IMG/VR virus record: IMGVR_UViG_3300021399_000105
Location: 64,001-128,000 of that record
Strand: one strand, 5' to 3'
Source: a virus
Taxonomy: Duplodnaviria; Caudoviricetes
DNA length: 64,000 bases
This document shows, in pieces, positions 45,721 to 56,468 of this stretch. The position numbers and the translations under genes are program-made. Below the pieces are notes generated by a model that saw only the letters and a program-made list of their open reading frames with translations, was not told the origin of the DNA and searched no databases. Numbering within the stretch: position 1 is the stretch's first letter; each line of letters starts with the position of its first letter.

Positions 45721-48700
45721 ATGAGCAGTAAACAAGCAAAGGAGTTGTATAATATATTTTTGGATTATACAGATGCTAGTTTTAATCCGGCATATGCTAA
45801 ATGGAATTATTTAGATGCAGAGGGTAAGGATGAATTAGCACGTCTAGCAATGACAGAGTTCTACGATGAATATAAAGAGGAAATAGATGATAATATCGAT
45901 GAATTATTAGGTTATATAATGGAAGATAATTTTCAATCAGAATATAAACAATTAAAAAATATAGTAAAGTCAAGTAAAAAAGAATCAAAGAAAGTATTAG
46001 AGAATAAGAATTTAAATTATGGAGATATAATTAAGTATAAAGGATATTTAATACAAGTAGATGACAATAATGACGATAATCCTGAGGAATCTATATGTAC
46101 TGTATATGCCACACAAGATGGATTGGATAATGGTGTATATGTTACAACCATTTCTGCTACAGATGAGGATAATATAAAAGAAATTATAGATACAGATGTT
46201 TTATCGTACAGTATGAGTGGCGAGGAAGCAAAAGAATTATTACTAGACTCTATTGTTGAGGGTGACGACTATTCAACAGATGAAGAATATGAACAATTAG
46301 TAAATTACATTGAAGAGCAATGTAATGATGTTGCAATAATTGAGTCAGAAGTAGATGTACAACTAATAAAACCAATGGGCGGTAATGATTACTGGGGATA
46401 TCCTTTTGGTAAAGTTGTTACAACATTAAAAGATGGAAGAGTATTTGAAACAAACGAAGAAGGTGCAGGTTTAAATGATGCAGTAGAGTTAACAGTAGCA
46501 ACAGAGATAAAAGACGATACAAAACATGAAAAGAAAGCAGAAGCAACTGGAAATTCTCAAAAATATATTTACTCAGATGCAAATTCAGACAATGAACAAG
46601 ATGCGAAAGCAAATATGATGTTATTTAAACAAGAGGCACCAAACTTAGAATTTAAATTACATAAAGACGGTGATATGTACTTCATTGATTTTATAGGTGA
46701 TAAACAAGACATTATAGATTATTTAATAAAACTTGGCTGGTATAGTGAAGACGAAATCAAAAAATTAGATATAATTAGAGAGTTAAATGAATCAAAGAAA
46801 ACAGAAGATGTAGATATAGCTGAATATTCAAATGAACCTAAAAAAGATTTTAGTGGTGTTGAATTTGAAAAAGAAATACCACATACTATGAGATTTAAAG
46901 AATACAGTTTTATAACAGACGAGGATGACGATAATTGCTTATACTGGGTAACTCAACAATTTTTTAATGAGAATGAAGTTAAGCAATTTGCAGATGCTTT
47001 TTCAAAAATGAATATAGCTAAAGCTTATGTAACTGTAAGAGATTTAAGTTGGTATGACTACGCCAAAGATAAAGATGAAGGTGCACTAGTAAAAGTAAAT
47101 AGAGACGGTTCATATGATATGACTGATTATTTAAATAAATGTGAAGTTTTAGGATATAATTTAGATGAATCTAAACAAATTAAAACAGAATCACCAGATA
47201 TACAAGAAAGAATTAAATCATTAAAGTTAATGGACCAAGCAGCAAGATGTATAAACGATGATGATGTATTTGAGTTGTGGTTAATGGCTGGAGTTCCAGA
47301 TGGAGCTACTGAAGAGGATTTTGAAGATATAGCAAAAGATGATAAAGTGTATCAAGAAGTAGAAAATGAGTTTAAAAGGGTTATGAAACTAGCAAAAGAA
47401 AATGAAGCACTATATGATTGTTCAGAAGAGGCACTTGAACTAGTTAAAAAATATGAACCAAATATAGAAAACTATGTAAATGGACATAAAGTAGAAGAAG
47501 AGTATAGTTCTATACAAGACGCAAGACAAAAATTAGGTGATGCATGGCCTATGTATAAAGATGATTTAGAAGGAAAAATGATGCCAGTAATGACTAAGCA
47601 AGAATTTGAATTATATTGGTCTCAAAGAGATGACAGAGAAGAGTATGCTGATACTACATACGAAGGATATTTGAACTCTTTAATAGATGCGGGAGTAAAG
47701 ATAGATGATGACTTATATAATATACTAATACAAGAACAATTAGAAGAAGCTAAGTTTAAAGATAAGGTAAAAGCTATTAAGAAAAGTCTTAAAGATAAGG
47801 ATGGAAGACTTTCAGATAAAACAGTAGAGGAACAAGCAAAGAAAATAGCAGGAAGTATGATAAAAAATGAAGCAAGTGAAGAAATTAAAGAATATAGATA
47901 TATAACAAACCATGGAATAGGTCCTGGAACATTACCTGAAGGTGTTTTTGTAAGAGCAGAAGTTTTACCTAATTATAGAACAGCAATATATACAAATAGA
48001 CCACTAACTGAGGAAGAACTTAGAAAATATGATATTAAACCTGAATGGATACAAGAAACTAAACAAATAAAAACAGAAGGTATAGTTAAAGAGGGTGATT
48101 TAATCCCAACGGGATTATCAGATGCTAAAGCAGAAGATGTATTAAATAGTGTAATTGGTCAAATGTCTGATGGAATGTGGGAAAATGTACCACAAATGGA
48201 TAGATTTTGGCAATATGCAGATATTGTAAATCAAGATGGACAAATATACATTAAAGTAGATAGAGATGAGTTTAGTTCTGGTTACAGAAATAAAACTGAT
48301 GAAGAAGTAAGAAAATATTTTGCAAATAAAGTAAAACAAATAGCAAAGGAATATATTAAAGATTACGTAGACCAAAAACCAGATTTAAAATGGGATAGAA
48401 ATTGTACAGAAAAATGTAGTTATTTAGATTATAATTCAGGTGCAACTATACAAGATGCTTATAGAGTATACGATAAGTTAATGGGTAGAATTGATAGAAT
48501 AAAAACAGAAGGTAAAGAAGATAAAAAAAGTGCTAAACAAGCATTACTTGATTTAAATGTATCAGACTTTCAAGAGTTAAGAGATGCTTTGGATGAAATG
48601 TTGGAGAAAGATATTATAAATGAAGAATATGAGGATTTCTTAGATATTATTTCAGATAAAGAAGAGGCGTGTGAAGATTATATAAGACGTAGAAGTGATG

Positions 48701-49524
48701 TAACCAATACAGACTGGAAAGATGAAATGGGTATAGAAAGTGATTATGTAACAGATGCTATACAAGAAATAATAGGTTCATTAGAAGAAAGTAAGTCCAT
48801 AAAGAAAGAATCAAAACCAAATATGTTATATGATAGTAAAGAAATAAAAACTGAAGAAACATTTAAAGATTTTAATGACAAAAATGAAGTTAGTGAAGAT
48901 GAATATAACTTATTTAAAGAAATATGGGAAGAATTTTGGACTAATAAACCAGATGTATATAACATTATGGCTAGATTAAGTGATAATAAAAATGGAGCTT
49001 ATTATGCATTATTAGATACTGAATGGGCAAATCAAATTAAAGAAAAATATAATCTATCAGATTATGATTTCAAATCACTAATGTGGAATATATATCTTGG
49101 TTGGGAATCAAATTCTATGAAATGGAGTAATGAATCTAAAGAAATAAAAGCTGAAGAGCTAGAAATAAAAGATTTAGAAGCAGATTTAGATAATCCAAAT
49201 ATAAAAGGTGATGAAAAAATTGATATACAAAACGATATAAAGTATATTAAGGATAAAGCACAAAGAGAAAATAGACCTTTAACTGAAGCTTATACTGAAG
49301 GATATAAAGAGGGAATGAGAGCAGGAAGTGCCTTTGCACAAAGAATTAAAACAGCTCACAAAAATGCTTTACTTAAAAAATTAAATGATACACTTATGTT
49401 AGAACCTAGTGATACATATTCAGATGATTACAGAGATGGTTTCAATGATGCAATATATGAATTAGCAGCAAAAGTTAAAAATGCTAAAAGTATGTATGAG
49501 TGTTTTCCAGACCTTAAAAAATAA
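45721..49524 (+). CDS. Acidic modular polyvalent protein with ESKxIKTE linkers and a DarA-C-like module
   Basis: 1267 aa; repeated ESKQIKTE-type linkers; YRY..HGIGPGTLP..YTNRPLTEEELRKYDIKP. Confidence 0.7.
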   Translation: MSSKQAKELYNIFLDYTDASFNPAYAKWNYLDAEGKDELARLAMTEFYDEYKEEIDDNIDELLGYIMEDNFQSEYKQLKNIVKSSKKESKKVLENKNLNYGDIIKYKGYLIQVDDNNDDNPEESICTVYATQDGLDNGVYVTTISATDEDNIKEIIDTDVLSYSMSGEEAKELLLDSIVEGDDYSTDEEYEQLVNYIEEQCNDVAIIESEVDVQLIKPMGGNDYWGYPFGKVVTTLKDGRVFETNEEGAGLNDAVELTVATEIKDDTKHEKKAEATGNSQKYIYSDANSDNEQDAKANMMLFKQEAPNLEFKLHKDGDMYFIDFIGDKQDIIDYLIKLGWYSEDEIKKLDIIRELNESKKTEDVDIAEYSNEPKKDFSGVEFEKEIPHTMRFKEYSFITDEDDDNCLYWVTQQFFNENEVKQFADAFSKMNIAKAYVTVRDLSWYDYAKDKDEGALVKVNRDGSYDMTDYLNKCEVLGYNLDESKQIKTESPDIQERIKSLKLMDQAARCINDDDVFELWLMAGVPDGATEEDFEDIAKDDKVYQEVENEFKRVMKLAKENEALYDCSEEALELVKKYEPNIENYVNGHKVEEEYSSIQDARQKLGDAWPMYKDDLEGKMMPVMTKQEFELYWSQRDDREEYADTTYEGYLNSLIDAGVKIDDDLYNILIQEQLEEAKFKDKVKAIKKSLKDKDGRLSDKTVEEQAKKIAGSMIKNEASEEIKEYRYITNHGIGPGTLPEGVFVRAEVLPNYRTAIYTNRPLTEEELRKYDIKPEWIQETKQIKTEGIVKEGDLIPTGLSDAKAEDVLNSVIGQMSDGMWENVPQMDRFWQYADIVNQDGQIYIKVDRDEFSSGYRNKTDEEVRKYFANKVKQIAKEYIKDYVDQKPDLKWDRNCTEKCSYLDYNSGATIQDAYRVYDKLMGRIDRIKTEGKEDKKSAKQALLDLNVSDFQELRDALDEMLEKDIINEEYEDFLDIISDKEEACEDYIRRRSDVTNTDWKDEMGIESDYVTDAIQEIIGSLEESKSIKKESKPNMLYDSKEIKTEETFKDFNDKNEVSEDEYNLFKEIWEEFWTNKPDVYNIMARLSDNKNGAYYALLDTEWANQIKEKYNLSDYDFKSLMWNIYLGWESNSMKWSNESKEIKAEELEIKDLEADLDNPNIKGDEKIDIQNDIKYIKDKAQRENRPLTEAYTEGYKEGMRAGSAFAQRIKTAHKNALLKKLNDTLMLEPSDTYSDDYRDGFNDAIYELAAKVKNAKSMYECFPDLKK

Positions 49525-49550
49525 AAGATACGTAAATATGTAAATAAGTG

Positions 49551-49590
49551 GAGGTTAGTTATACAATTAAAACTAACCTCTATATTTTTG
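49551..49590 (+). terminator. Intrinsic terminator
   Basis: GAGGTTAGTT/AACTAACCTC followed by T-rich tract. Confidence 0.65.
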
Positions 49591-49644
49591 CTTGTAAAAT
49601 ATTAGTAGATTAGAAAAAAAACAATCTAGGAGGTAATAATTATA

Positions 49645-49830
49645 ATGGAAATGTTTATAGAATTAACAACAGGTCAGTTAGTAAATATATTTTGGTTAAA
49701 TAACGTATATACTGAAGATACTGATTGTGTCTTCGAAATGGTAAACGGTGCTAAGTATAAGGAACATTATGATAATGCTGAAGACGCTGAAAACAGATGT
49801 AATACAATACATTCAAAGCTAACTCAGTAG
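49645..49830 (+). CDS. Small protein homologous to the N-terminus of 49844-51067
   Basis: MFIEL...LVN...MVNG..KE vs MFIEL..LLN...MTNG..KE. Confidence 0.65.
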   Translation: MEMFIELTTGQLVNIFWLNNVYTEDTDCVFEMVNGAKYKEHYDNAEDAENRCNTIHSKLTQ

Positions 49831-49843
49831 GAGGTGTGTTTAG

Positions 49844-51067
49844 TTGTTTATAGAATTAGAGGATACTAAAAATTTATTAAATCTAATGTATATATGTGAT
49901 TGTACTAGTGAAGATAATATAGTTACATATACAATGACAAATGGGTCTATTATTAAAGAGGTATTATCTGATGATACTGCTGCTTCCAATAGAGTTATTG
50001 AGGTAAAAACTAAACAAACTGGACGTGGAGGAGGTCCACAACCAACTGGAACTATAAGTATTGTTAATAACGGAACGTATAACGTATCTAATTATGCTAG
50101 TGCAAATGTGAATGTACCTCAACTCGATACATCGGATGCAGATGCAGGAGCAATCAATATAAGAAAAGATAGAACAGCGTATGTAAAGGGACAAAAAATA
50201 ACAGGAACATTGCCGGTATTAACATATCCTTCTGGAGATTTCGATTCTCAATTTATTGCAGGGGATAGTGTATACACAAAGAATAGAGATAATAAAGATT
50301 ATCTAGTAGGAACTTATCAAGTGGCGTCTGGAAGTCAGCCAGATAGTTGGATGTTCGAAGGAAATAGAAAGATGAAATTAGGTATTCCATATAACTTAGT
50401 AGCAAATAAATTGGGAATAACAGCAGGAAAAATCAAGAAGGGCGAAACAATAGCAGGAGTAACTGGTACATATGAAGGAACACAAACAAATCTACAAAGT
50501 AAGTCAGTAACTATAACAGAAAATGGAACTACAACAGTAGCACCAGATACAGGTTATGATGGATTAAATTCTGTTAGTATTACAACAGATGTACAAAGTG
50601 GGGGTTCAAAACCCATATTACCAAAGGGTACATATTTTAAAGGTTCAACATTTACAGAATTTGACCTTTTTAAAGATTTAGATTTAAGAAATATAGAAGG
50701 TATGGCGTCAATGTTTGAAGATTGTAAAAAACTAGTTTCCTTTGGGTATTTTGACTCATCAAATATACAAGGCATGGTAAGTACATTTAAAGGGTGCACA
50801 GCTTTAACAACTTTACCTGGTACTACTAATCCAAGTCAAATATTAGACACTAGTAATTTAATGTATTTCCAAGATTGCTTTTCTGGTTGTATGTATTTAT
50901 CAAATGATAGCTTGAATGTTATACTTCGTATGTGTATAAATGCCACAAAAATTACCGGTAATAAAACATTAAAATATATAGGTTTAGCAGATTGGCAAGC
51001 TACTACTTGCCAAACATTATCTAATTGGGATGATTTTGTTGCAGCTGGCTGGACCACAGGATACTAA
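49844..51067 (+). CDS. Tail-associated DUF285/BspA-like protein
   Basis: TISIVNNGTYNV, LQSKSVTITENGTTTVAPDTGYDGL, MF..C..L repeats, C-terminal AAGWTTGY. Confidence 0.65.
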   Translation: MFIELEDTKNLLNLMYICDCTSEDNIVTYTMTNGSIIKEVLSDDTAASNRVIEVKTKQTGRGGGPQPTGTISIVNNGTYNVSNYASANVNVPQLDTSDADAGAINIRKDRTAYVKGQKITGTLPVLTYPSGDFDSQFIAGDSVYTKNRDNKDYLVGTYQVASGSQPDSWMFEGNRKMKLGIPYNLVANKLGITAGKIKKGETIAGVTGTYEGTQTNLQSKSVTITENGTTTVAPDTGYDGLNSVSITTDVQSGGSKPILPKGTYFKGSTFTEFDLFKDLDLRNIEGMASMFEDCKKLVSFGYFDSSNIQGMVSTFKGCTALTTLPGTTNPSQILDTSNLMYFQDCFSGCMYLSNDSLNVILRMCINATKITGNKTLKYIGLADWQATTCQTLSNWDDFVAAGWTTGY

Positions 51068-51086
51068 AATATTATAGAATAAGGAG

Positions 51087-51464
51087 GTGTATGTAATGGA
51101 ACCGGAAGAAACATTATATAAAATAATATTAAGACATGATTTAAGTACAAATTGGGTAATAAACGACCCAGTATTACTGTTAGGTGAGTACGGTATAGAA
51201 GATGATACTCATAGAGTTAAAAGGGGAGATGGAGTATCTAAATGGTCACAATTATTATATGAAACATTTGGTGTAGAGGATATAGTAACTACAAAAGTAC
51301 AACAGAATGTAACAGATAATATAATGGACCAAGTAAATACAGTATTAAATACTTACAAACAAGATTATATAAATCCGTTACAACTACAGGTACAACAAAA
51401 TACTCAAGATATAGAAGCTTTAAAACAAAAGGAAAATGAGTCATCTAATATATCTAAGGAATAG
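51087..51464 (+). CDS. Mtd-N/hyaluronidase-N-like fibre protein
   Basis: NW..NDPVLLLGEYGIEDDTHRVKRGDGVSKWSQL. Confidence 0.7.
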   Translation: MYVMEPEETLYKIILRHDLSTNWVINDPVLLLGEYGIEDDTHRVKRGDGVSKWSQLLYETFGVEDIVTTKVQQNVTDNIMDQVNTVLNTYKQDYINPLQLQVQQNTQDIEALKQKENESSNISKE

Positions 51465-51511
51465 TATATAAAAGTCTATCATTTCAAACCTTTCATAAAA
51501 ATAGATTATAT

Positions 51512-51565
51512 AAAGAAACTAATTAGTAAAAATAAATTGCACACTAATTAGTTTCTTTATTTTTG
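51512..51565 (+). terminator. Intrinsic terminator
   Basis: AAAGAAACTAATTAGT/ACTAATTAGTTTCTTT. Confidence 0.7.
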
Positions 51566-51620
51566 TGTAAAATATTATTGAAAAAATTATTAGTTTAAGG
51601 AATTGATGGGAGCTTGTTTG

Positions 51621-51860
51621 ATGAGTGAGAATGTAATTGATAGTGTTGTTATTAAAAAACAAACTTTAACAGATATAGCAGATGACATAAGAGATAAACT
51701 TAATATAAGTATTAAAATGACCCCTACTCAAATGTCTACGTATATACAAAATATGGATGTCACTAATTATCCATTGGGAGCTGTGTGGGTAGGTACTCAA
51801 CAAGAGTATGATAATTTACAAGATAAAGCTGTAAATGTAATTTACTACATTATTACTTAA
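51621..51860 (+). CDS. Small fibre-associated protein
   Basis: TLTDIADDIR..MTPTQM, VWVGTQQEYDNL...IYYI. Confidence 0.55.
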   Translation: MSENVIDSVVIKKQTLTDIADDIRDKLNISIKMTPTQMSTYIQNMDVTNYPLGAVWVGTQQEYDNLQDKAVNVIYYIIT

Positions 51861-51885
51861 AGATAATAACAGGAGGTAATTAAGT

Positions 51886-53145
51886 TTGATTAGTCAAGTT
51901 GTTCTGCCTAAAGGATACACAAAGCTAGAATATATAATGAATACAGATTTAAATCCTTTGATAGATACTAATATATTAGCTGATAGTAATTTAGGTGTGT
52001 ATTTAGATTTTCAACTATTAGATAAATCTACGAATAATACTTTTGGAACTATATATGGTAACTCCAACTATAAAAGACATCATTTTATGGTTAGTGGTAG
52101 TAATGTCTTTTATTATTTTAATACAGCAAGTTATAATTTAGGTTCTGTGGATTTACTTAGACATAAATTATACGTAGACCCAACAAAACATGTTATATTG
52201 TATGACAATACTCAAAAACAACTAAGTGAAACTACATTTAATACACAATTGAATTATGGTTTATTTGGTAGAATTGCTACTAATGGTTCATTACAATACT
52301 CATTTAGAGCTAAGGTATACGAGTGTAAATTGTTCATTAGTGGAGAATTAGTTAGATGGTTTATACCTTGTAAAAATAATTTAAATGTTTGTGGTTTATA
52401 TGATATACATACAGGTACATTTTATTCGTCTGATGATACTAATTTTCTACAACCGGGTTCTAATGACATTGTAAATAACTTGCAAAGTTGTTATATAAGA
52501 GGAAAGAGTGTGTGTAGAATTTTATGTAATGATAATGTAGTATGGGGATTGCCTAAAGAATATACAAAGATACCTTATATAACAAATCCATCTACAGCAT
52601 ACATAAATACTAAAGTGTCTGCGAATAGTAATTTACGTTTAGATTTGACGTTTAGTATAAATAACTTACAAAGTAGTACTCAAACTTATCCAATATTTGG
52701 AGGTAGACAATCTACTACCACAAATGTATTTGGCGGTTGGTATTCATCTGGTGTGAGTACAATGTACGGACATTATGGTAGTAGAGGATATAACGAGGGA
52801 CACGGTAATATCAAAATATTAGATGGTTTGGAATCCAATACTATATATAAGTATAGTATGAATAAAAATAATCTATCTGTAGATGAGTACAACACAGTTA
52901 TGACATCTTATACATTTACAACTGACATACCTATTTATTTATTTGCAATAAATACAAATGGTAATATAGATAATAGAAGATTACTTGGTAATGTTTATAT
53001 GTGTCAAATATGGGATAATGATATTTTAGTTAGAAATTATGTACCTTGTAAAGATTCTAATAATGTATGTGGTCTATATGATTTATGCAATGATGACTTC
53101 TACGCTAGTAACAGTAGTGTAAATTTTGTATATAACGAGAATTGA
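51886..53145 (+). CDS. Protein with two tandem lectin-like beta-sandwich domains
   Basis: Duplicated LPKxYTK..YI...LVRx(F/Y)xPCK..NVCGLYD. Confidence 0.65.
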   Translation: MISQVVLPKGYTKLEYIMNTDLNPLIDTNILADSNLGVYLDFQLLDKSTNNTFGTIYGNSNYKRHHFMVSGSNVFYYFNTASYNLGSVDLLRHKLYVDPTKHVILYDNTQKQLSETTFNTQLNYGLFGRIATNGSLQYSFRAKVYECKLFISGELVRWFIPCKNNLNVCGLYDIHTGTFYSSDDTNFLQPGSNDIVNNLQSCYIRGKSVCRILCNDNVVWGLPKEYTKIPYITNPSTAYINTKVSANSNLRLDLTFSINNLQSSTQTYPIFGGRQSTTTNVFGGWYSSGVSTMYGHYGSRGYNEGHGNIKILDGLESNTIYKYSMNKNNLSVDEYNTVMTSYTFTTDIPIYLFAINTNGNIDNRRLLGNVYMCQIWDNDILVRNYVPCKDSNNVCGLYDLCNDDFYASNSSVNFVYNEN

Positions 53146-53159
53146 GGTAATTAAAAGAT

Positions 53160-53528
53160 ATGGTTTTAGAAAAATTTAATGAAAATGAAATAATAGACAT
53201 AGGTAATATAGTATCATTAAAAGACGGTAAAGCTGTTAATAGCGTTAATAAATGTACAAAAACAGATAAACATATAATTGGTGTGTGTACAAAAATATTA
53301 CCGGATAATATAAATAATATAGAAGTAACTACACGTGGAACAGTTATTGTAAATGTTGTAGGGTCCGTAGGTATAGGTGATGAGTTAACATCTTGTGAAA
53401 TACCTGGTAGTTGTAGAAGTATTAAATATATACAGGAGAAAAGAATGTTTAACATTAGAAGTATAGGTAAAGTTATATATTTATATAAGGATTTATCTAA
53501 AGCTAAAGTATTATTAAATATAGAGTAA
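53160..53528 (+). CDS. Stand-alone chaperone-like beta domain, paralog of 44202-44723
   Basis: IIGVC..IEV..RG..GDELTS..IGKVI..KVLLNIE. Confidence 0.55.
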   Translation: MVLEKFNENEIIDIGNIVSLKDGKAVNSVNKCTKTDKHIIGVCTKILPDNINNIEVTTRGTVIVNVVGSVGIGDELTSCEIPGSCRSIKYIQEKRMFNIRSIGKVIYLYKDLSKAKVLLNIE

Positions 53529-53546
53529 TGTAGGAGAGGAATATAT

Positions 53547-54149
53547 ATGGGATTATTGAGTAGACAAGACAGCAAAATATATAGACATTATTTTGATGAG
53601 ATGTGTAAGTTAATTGGTATATCTGTTTTGTATCAGTATGTAACAGAACGTAACATGACAATTCATAGTGAAAATAATAATAATTTATCTGCTCCTGTAA
53701 GAGTAGATATATTGTTTGATGAGGACCCTACAATAGATACACTTGATAGATTAGGTTGGTTATCAGAATTGCAGGACCAAAAACCAATTATTGTTAATAT
53801 GTCTTATCACACACCACACTTAACTGTTGGAGCTAGAATAACTATAGAAAGTGTAGATGGAGTACAAAGACCTAGAGTTTTTGAAATAACTAAGATTCAA
53901 AGTGATTTAGAGTATCCAGATTCTTATGTATGTGCCGCAGTTCCAGTATTTGACCAATATGAACAATCAAATGATTATACATTAACTAATTACGATAAAA
54001 TCAATACTCAGAATTCAGAAGTTACTTCTATGGAACAACCTTATCAACACATAAATGGTACTATTGTAGATACTACTCCTCAAGAACAAAAAGATTATTA
54101 TAATAAATATACATTTATTTCGGACGACAATAGCCCTTACAGTGGATAA
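53547..54149 (+). CDS. Putative virion neck/head-completion protein
   Basis: EMCKLIGISVLY, TLDRLGW; function inferred from context only. Confidence 0.4.
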   Translation: MGLLSRQDSKIYRHYFDEMCKLIGISVLYQYVTERNMTIHSENNNNLSAPVRVDILFDEDPTIDTLDRLGWLSELQDQKPIIVNMSYHTPHLTVGARITIESVDGVQRPRVFEITKIQSDLEYPDSYVCAAVPVFDQYEQSNDYTLTNYDKINTQNSEVTSMEQPYQHINGTIVDTTPQEQKDYYNKYTFISDDNSPYSG

Positions 54150-54175
54150 AATATAAATTTAATATAATTACATAG

Positions 54176-54670
54176 TTGGAGGATAAAATATTGTTTATTT
54201 TACAATTTAAGTTAGTTAATACTAACGAAAATGAATTAAAATTAGTGCCACAATTTTGTTCGTATTTGAGATATGTATTAGTTAGTGAATTAAATACAAA
54301 GTTTAATAAGTTTAAGATAGGTTTACGTATAGGATATTTATATCATGTACCTTGGATAGATTGGATAAATAAACATATCACTGCGGATACAATTATAAAT
54401 ACTATAAATAAAGCTATTAAGTATGATATTTTAGATAATAATTTATATGTACTTAAAATAGATTACTCAGTTGTAATTCCAAACACAAGTACAAGTATAG
54501 ATAGGCTAGTAAGATTTTTAGAGTACGGAGATTTAAATTATACTGGTTTAAATATATTTAATAAGTTACAACATAAATATAATTATAACAAGTTATATAG
54601 TTTATGGTGTATGTTTTGTATTAAACACTTAGGATATCATCCACTATCGTATATAATAGCAGAAAAATAA
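54176..54670 (+). CDS. Hypothetical protein
   Basis: ORF, LVRFLEYG. Confidence 0.5.
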   Translation: MEDKILFILQFKLVNTNENELKLVPQFCSYLRYVLVSELNTKFNKFKIGLRIGYLYHVPWIDWINKHITADTIINTINKAIKYDILDNNLYVLKIDYSVVIPNTSTSIDRLVRFLEYGDLNYTGLNIFNKLQHKYNYNKLYSLWCMFCIKHLGYHPLSYIIAEK

Positions 54671-54691
54671 TAAAGGTAGGTAAATAGTATA

Positions 54692-55402
54692 ATGAAAGAA
54701 ATAGATAACAGAAGTTTAACAGATAGAAAAATAAAAGAATCAAATGTTAATGTATCTGTCTATGCTTATGATTATTCTTTAGTAACGGATTTAAGAGCAA
54801 GATTTAAAGATACAACAGAACATAAACAATTAAATGAAACGGTTCAAATAACTAGTCCTGAAAGAGCTTTTGATATTATAGGAACTCTAAATAAAGATAC
54901 TGCTATATTACCTTTTGTTAGTTTAGAAAGAACAGATTGGCAGTTGAATCTAGACAGACAAGGATATCAAACTTTTGTAGGAGATAGAGTAGTTAGACGA
55001 TTGGGTCCAGATAATTTACCTGTAGATATTAGAGCACAGGTAATACCTATTACTATAAATTGGAGATTAAGTGTGTGGACAAAAGATAGGTTAACTAATG
55101 ATGCATTAGTTAGAGAATTATTATGGTACTATCATTTACATCCATCATTATTGGTTAGAATTGGACATGGTTTAAATATTGTACATAAATTTAATATTTT
55201 CTTTAACAGTGATATAGAGGATAATAGTGATATTGCCAATCACGTTAATAATGGTACATATTTTAGACAAGATTTAACATTATATAGTAATGATGCTTAT
55301 TTATGGCATGCAAATTATCAACCACTAGTTGAGATAGTACCGGGACTTAGATTTAGTTATCAAGAGTCTGAGTATACTATGAATGATACATTAAAAAATT
55401 AA
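54692..55402 (+). CDS. Putative tail-completion/terminator-like protein
   Basis: LPFVSLER, IPITINWRLSVWT; inferred from pattern and context. Confidence 0.45.
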   Translation: MKEIDNRSLTDRKIKESNVNVSVYAYDYSLVTDLRARFKDTTEHKQLNETVQITSPERAFDIIGTLNKDTAILPFVSLERTDWQLNLDRQGYQTFVGDRVVRRLGPDNLPVDIRAQVIPITINWRLSVWTKDRLTNDALVRELLWYYHLHPSLLVRIGHGLNIVHKFNIFFNSDIEDNSDIANHVNNGTYFRQDLTLYSNDAYLWHANYQPLVEIVPGLRFSYQESEYTMNDTLKN

Positions 55403-55419
55403 ATAAGGAGGTATTTGTT

Positions 55420-55767
55420 GTGTATAAGATAGTTAATTTAACAAGAAAAACTTTACAACTTACACAAGATTTAGTTTTATTACCAGAAGGAGAATTAAAA
55501 GTTAATTCAGATAAAATAACAACACAGTTTATGACGAGGATAAACGCTTATGAAAATGTTCATTTTATAAATGTTTTTCAATATCCTGATGAAGATATAC
55601 CTGATACAGTTAGAACTATAGAGGAAGCTAAAGTTGAAGAAGTAGTTAGTGTTGAAAAAGTTACACAAAAAGAGGAAGTTGTAGAAGCTACACAAAAAGA
55701 AGTTGAGGAAGTTAAGGAAAAACCTAAGACAACTAGAAAAAGAACAACTAAGAGTAAAAAAGATTAA
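55420..55767 (+). CDS. Hypothetical protein with E/K-rich tail
   Basis: SD AAGGAGG. Confidence 0.6.
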   Translation: MYKIVNLTRKTLQLTQDLVLLPEGELKVNSDKITTQFMTRINAYENVHFINVFQYPDEDIPDTVRTIEEAKVEEVVSVEKVTQKEEVVEATQKEVEEVKEKPKTTRKRTTKSKKD

Positions 55768-55773
55768 ATAAAA

Positions 55774-55805
55774 GTATTTACATTTTTTTAAACATAATGT
55801 ATAAT
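55774..55805 (+). promoter_or_regulatory. Sigma-A-like promoter
   Basis: GTA-TTTACA-17nt-TATAAT. Confidence 0.65.
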
Positions 55806-55833
55806 GAAAATATATGTAAGGAGCTAATTTAAA

Positions 55834-56016
55834 ATGGGTAGTGAAAAATTAGTTTGTGACCAATGTGGTAAAGAAACAACAGAATTACATGATTCTAAAC
55901 ATATTGAAAATTGTAAGATGTGTTATAATTGTTATATAAAAGAAGCAATGCATGATTTCTATTTATATTATAGGAAATGTAATGAGGAAGAGGATAGAAG
56001 AAATGGAAGATTATAA
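55834..56016 (+). CDS. Small zinc-finger protein
   Basis: CDQC...CYNC; SD AAGGAG. Confidence 0.55.
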   Translation: MGSEKLVCDQCGKETTELHDSKHIENCKMCYNCYIKEAMHDFYLYYRKCNEEEDRRNGRL

Positions 56017-56449
56017 TGTATTAGAATATAAAAGACATATTATATTCGAAGGTGATTTTAATGAAGACTTAGATTTTGATTCAGATAACTTAGTTGATGA
56101 TATTAACGATATAATAGATACTAGTTTATCAGAATTCAAAGAGGACCATAAAGAAGATTACGCTGTTAATTTTAATATTTTAGATATATTAGAAGTAAGT
56201 GTAGATTTTGATTTTATGTATTTAAAAATAAAAACAAATGGTATTGTTGATACAAATAATGTTAATGAAGTGTTTAATGATATTTTATCTGAAATGGATT
56301 TAAGTGCAGACGTAAATGTATATGGTGAACAAGAAGTAGATTCTTGGGACCCAACTACTGATTACGGTTATGTGAATAGTGTTGAGTATGTTGACAGTGA
56401 GGGTACAGTAAGTGTTAAATTTGATGAACCCAACTGCTCATTAGTATAA
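56003..56449 (+). CDS. Acidic hypothetical protein
   Basis: D/E-rich ORF; start placed at ATG 56003. Confidence 0.55.
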   Translation: MEDYNVLEYKRHIIFEGDFNEDLDFDSDNLVDDINDIIDTSLSEFKEDHKEDYAVNFNILDILEVSVDFDFMYLKIKTNGIVDTNNVNEVFNDILSEMDLSADVNVYGEQEVDSWDPTTDYGYVNSVEYVDSEGTVSVKFDEPNCSLV

Positions 56450-56468
56450 ATATGAGGGAGGTAATTTA

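Noticed and set aside
36844-53145. Diversity-generating retroelement
   Set aside because: An Mtd-N-like gene and Asn-rich genes are present, but I saw no reverse transcriptase or TR/VR pair in the window.
13570-56449. Other overlapping ORF pairs (13221/13570, 15583/15768/15943, 22977/23542, 55834/55952) as frameshifts
   Set aside because: The downstream ORFs have their own SD plus ATG near the upstream stop and there is no in-frame CGG; these are ordinary overlaps with over-extended starts.
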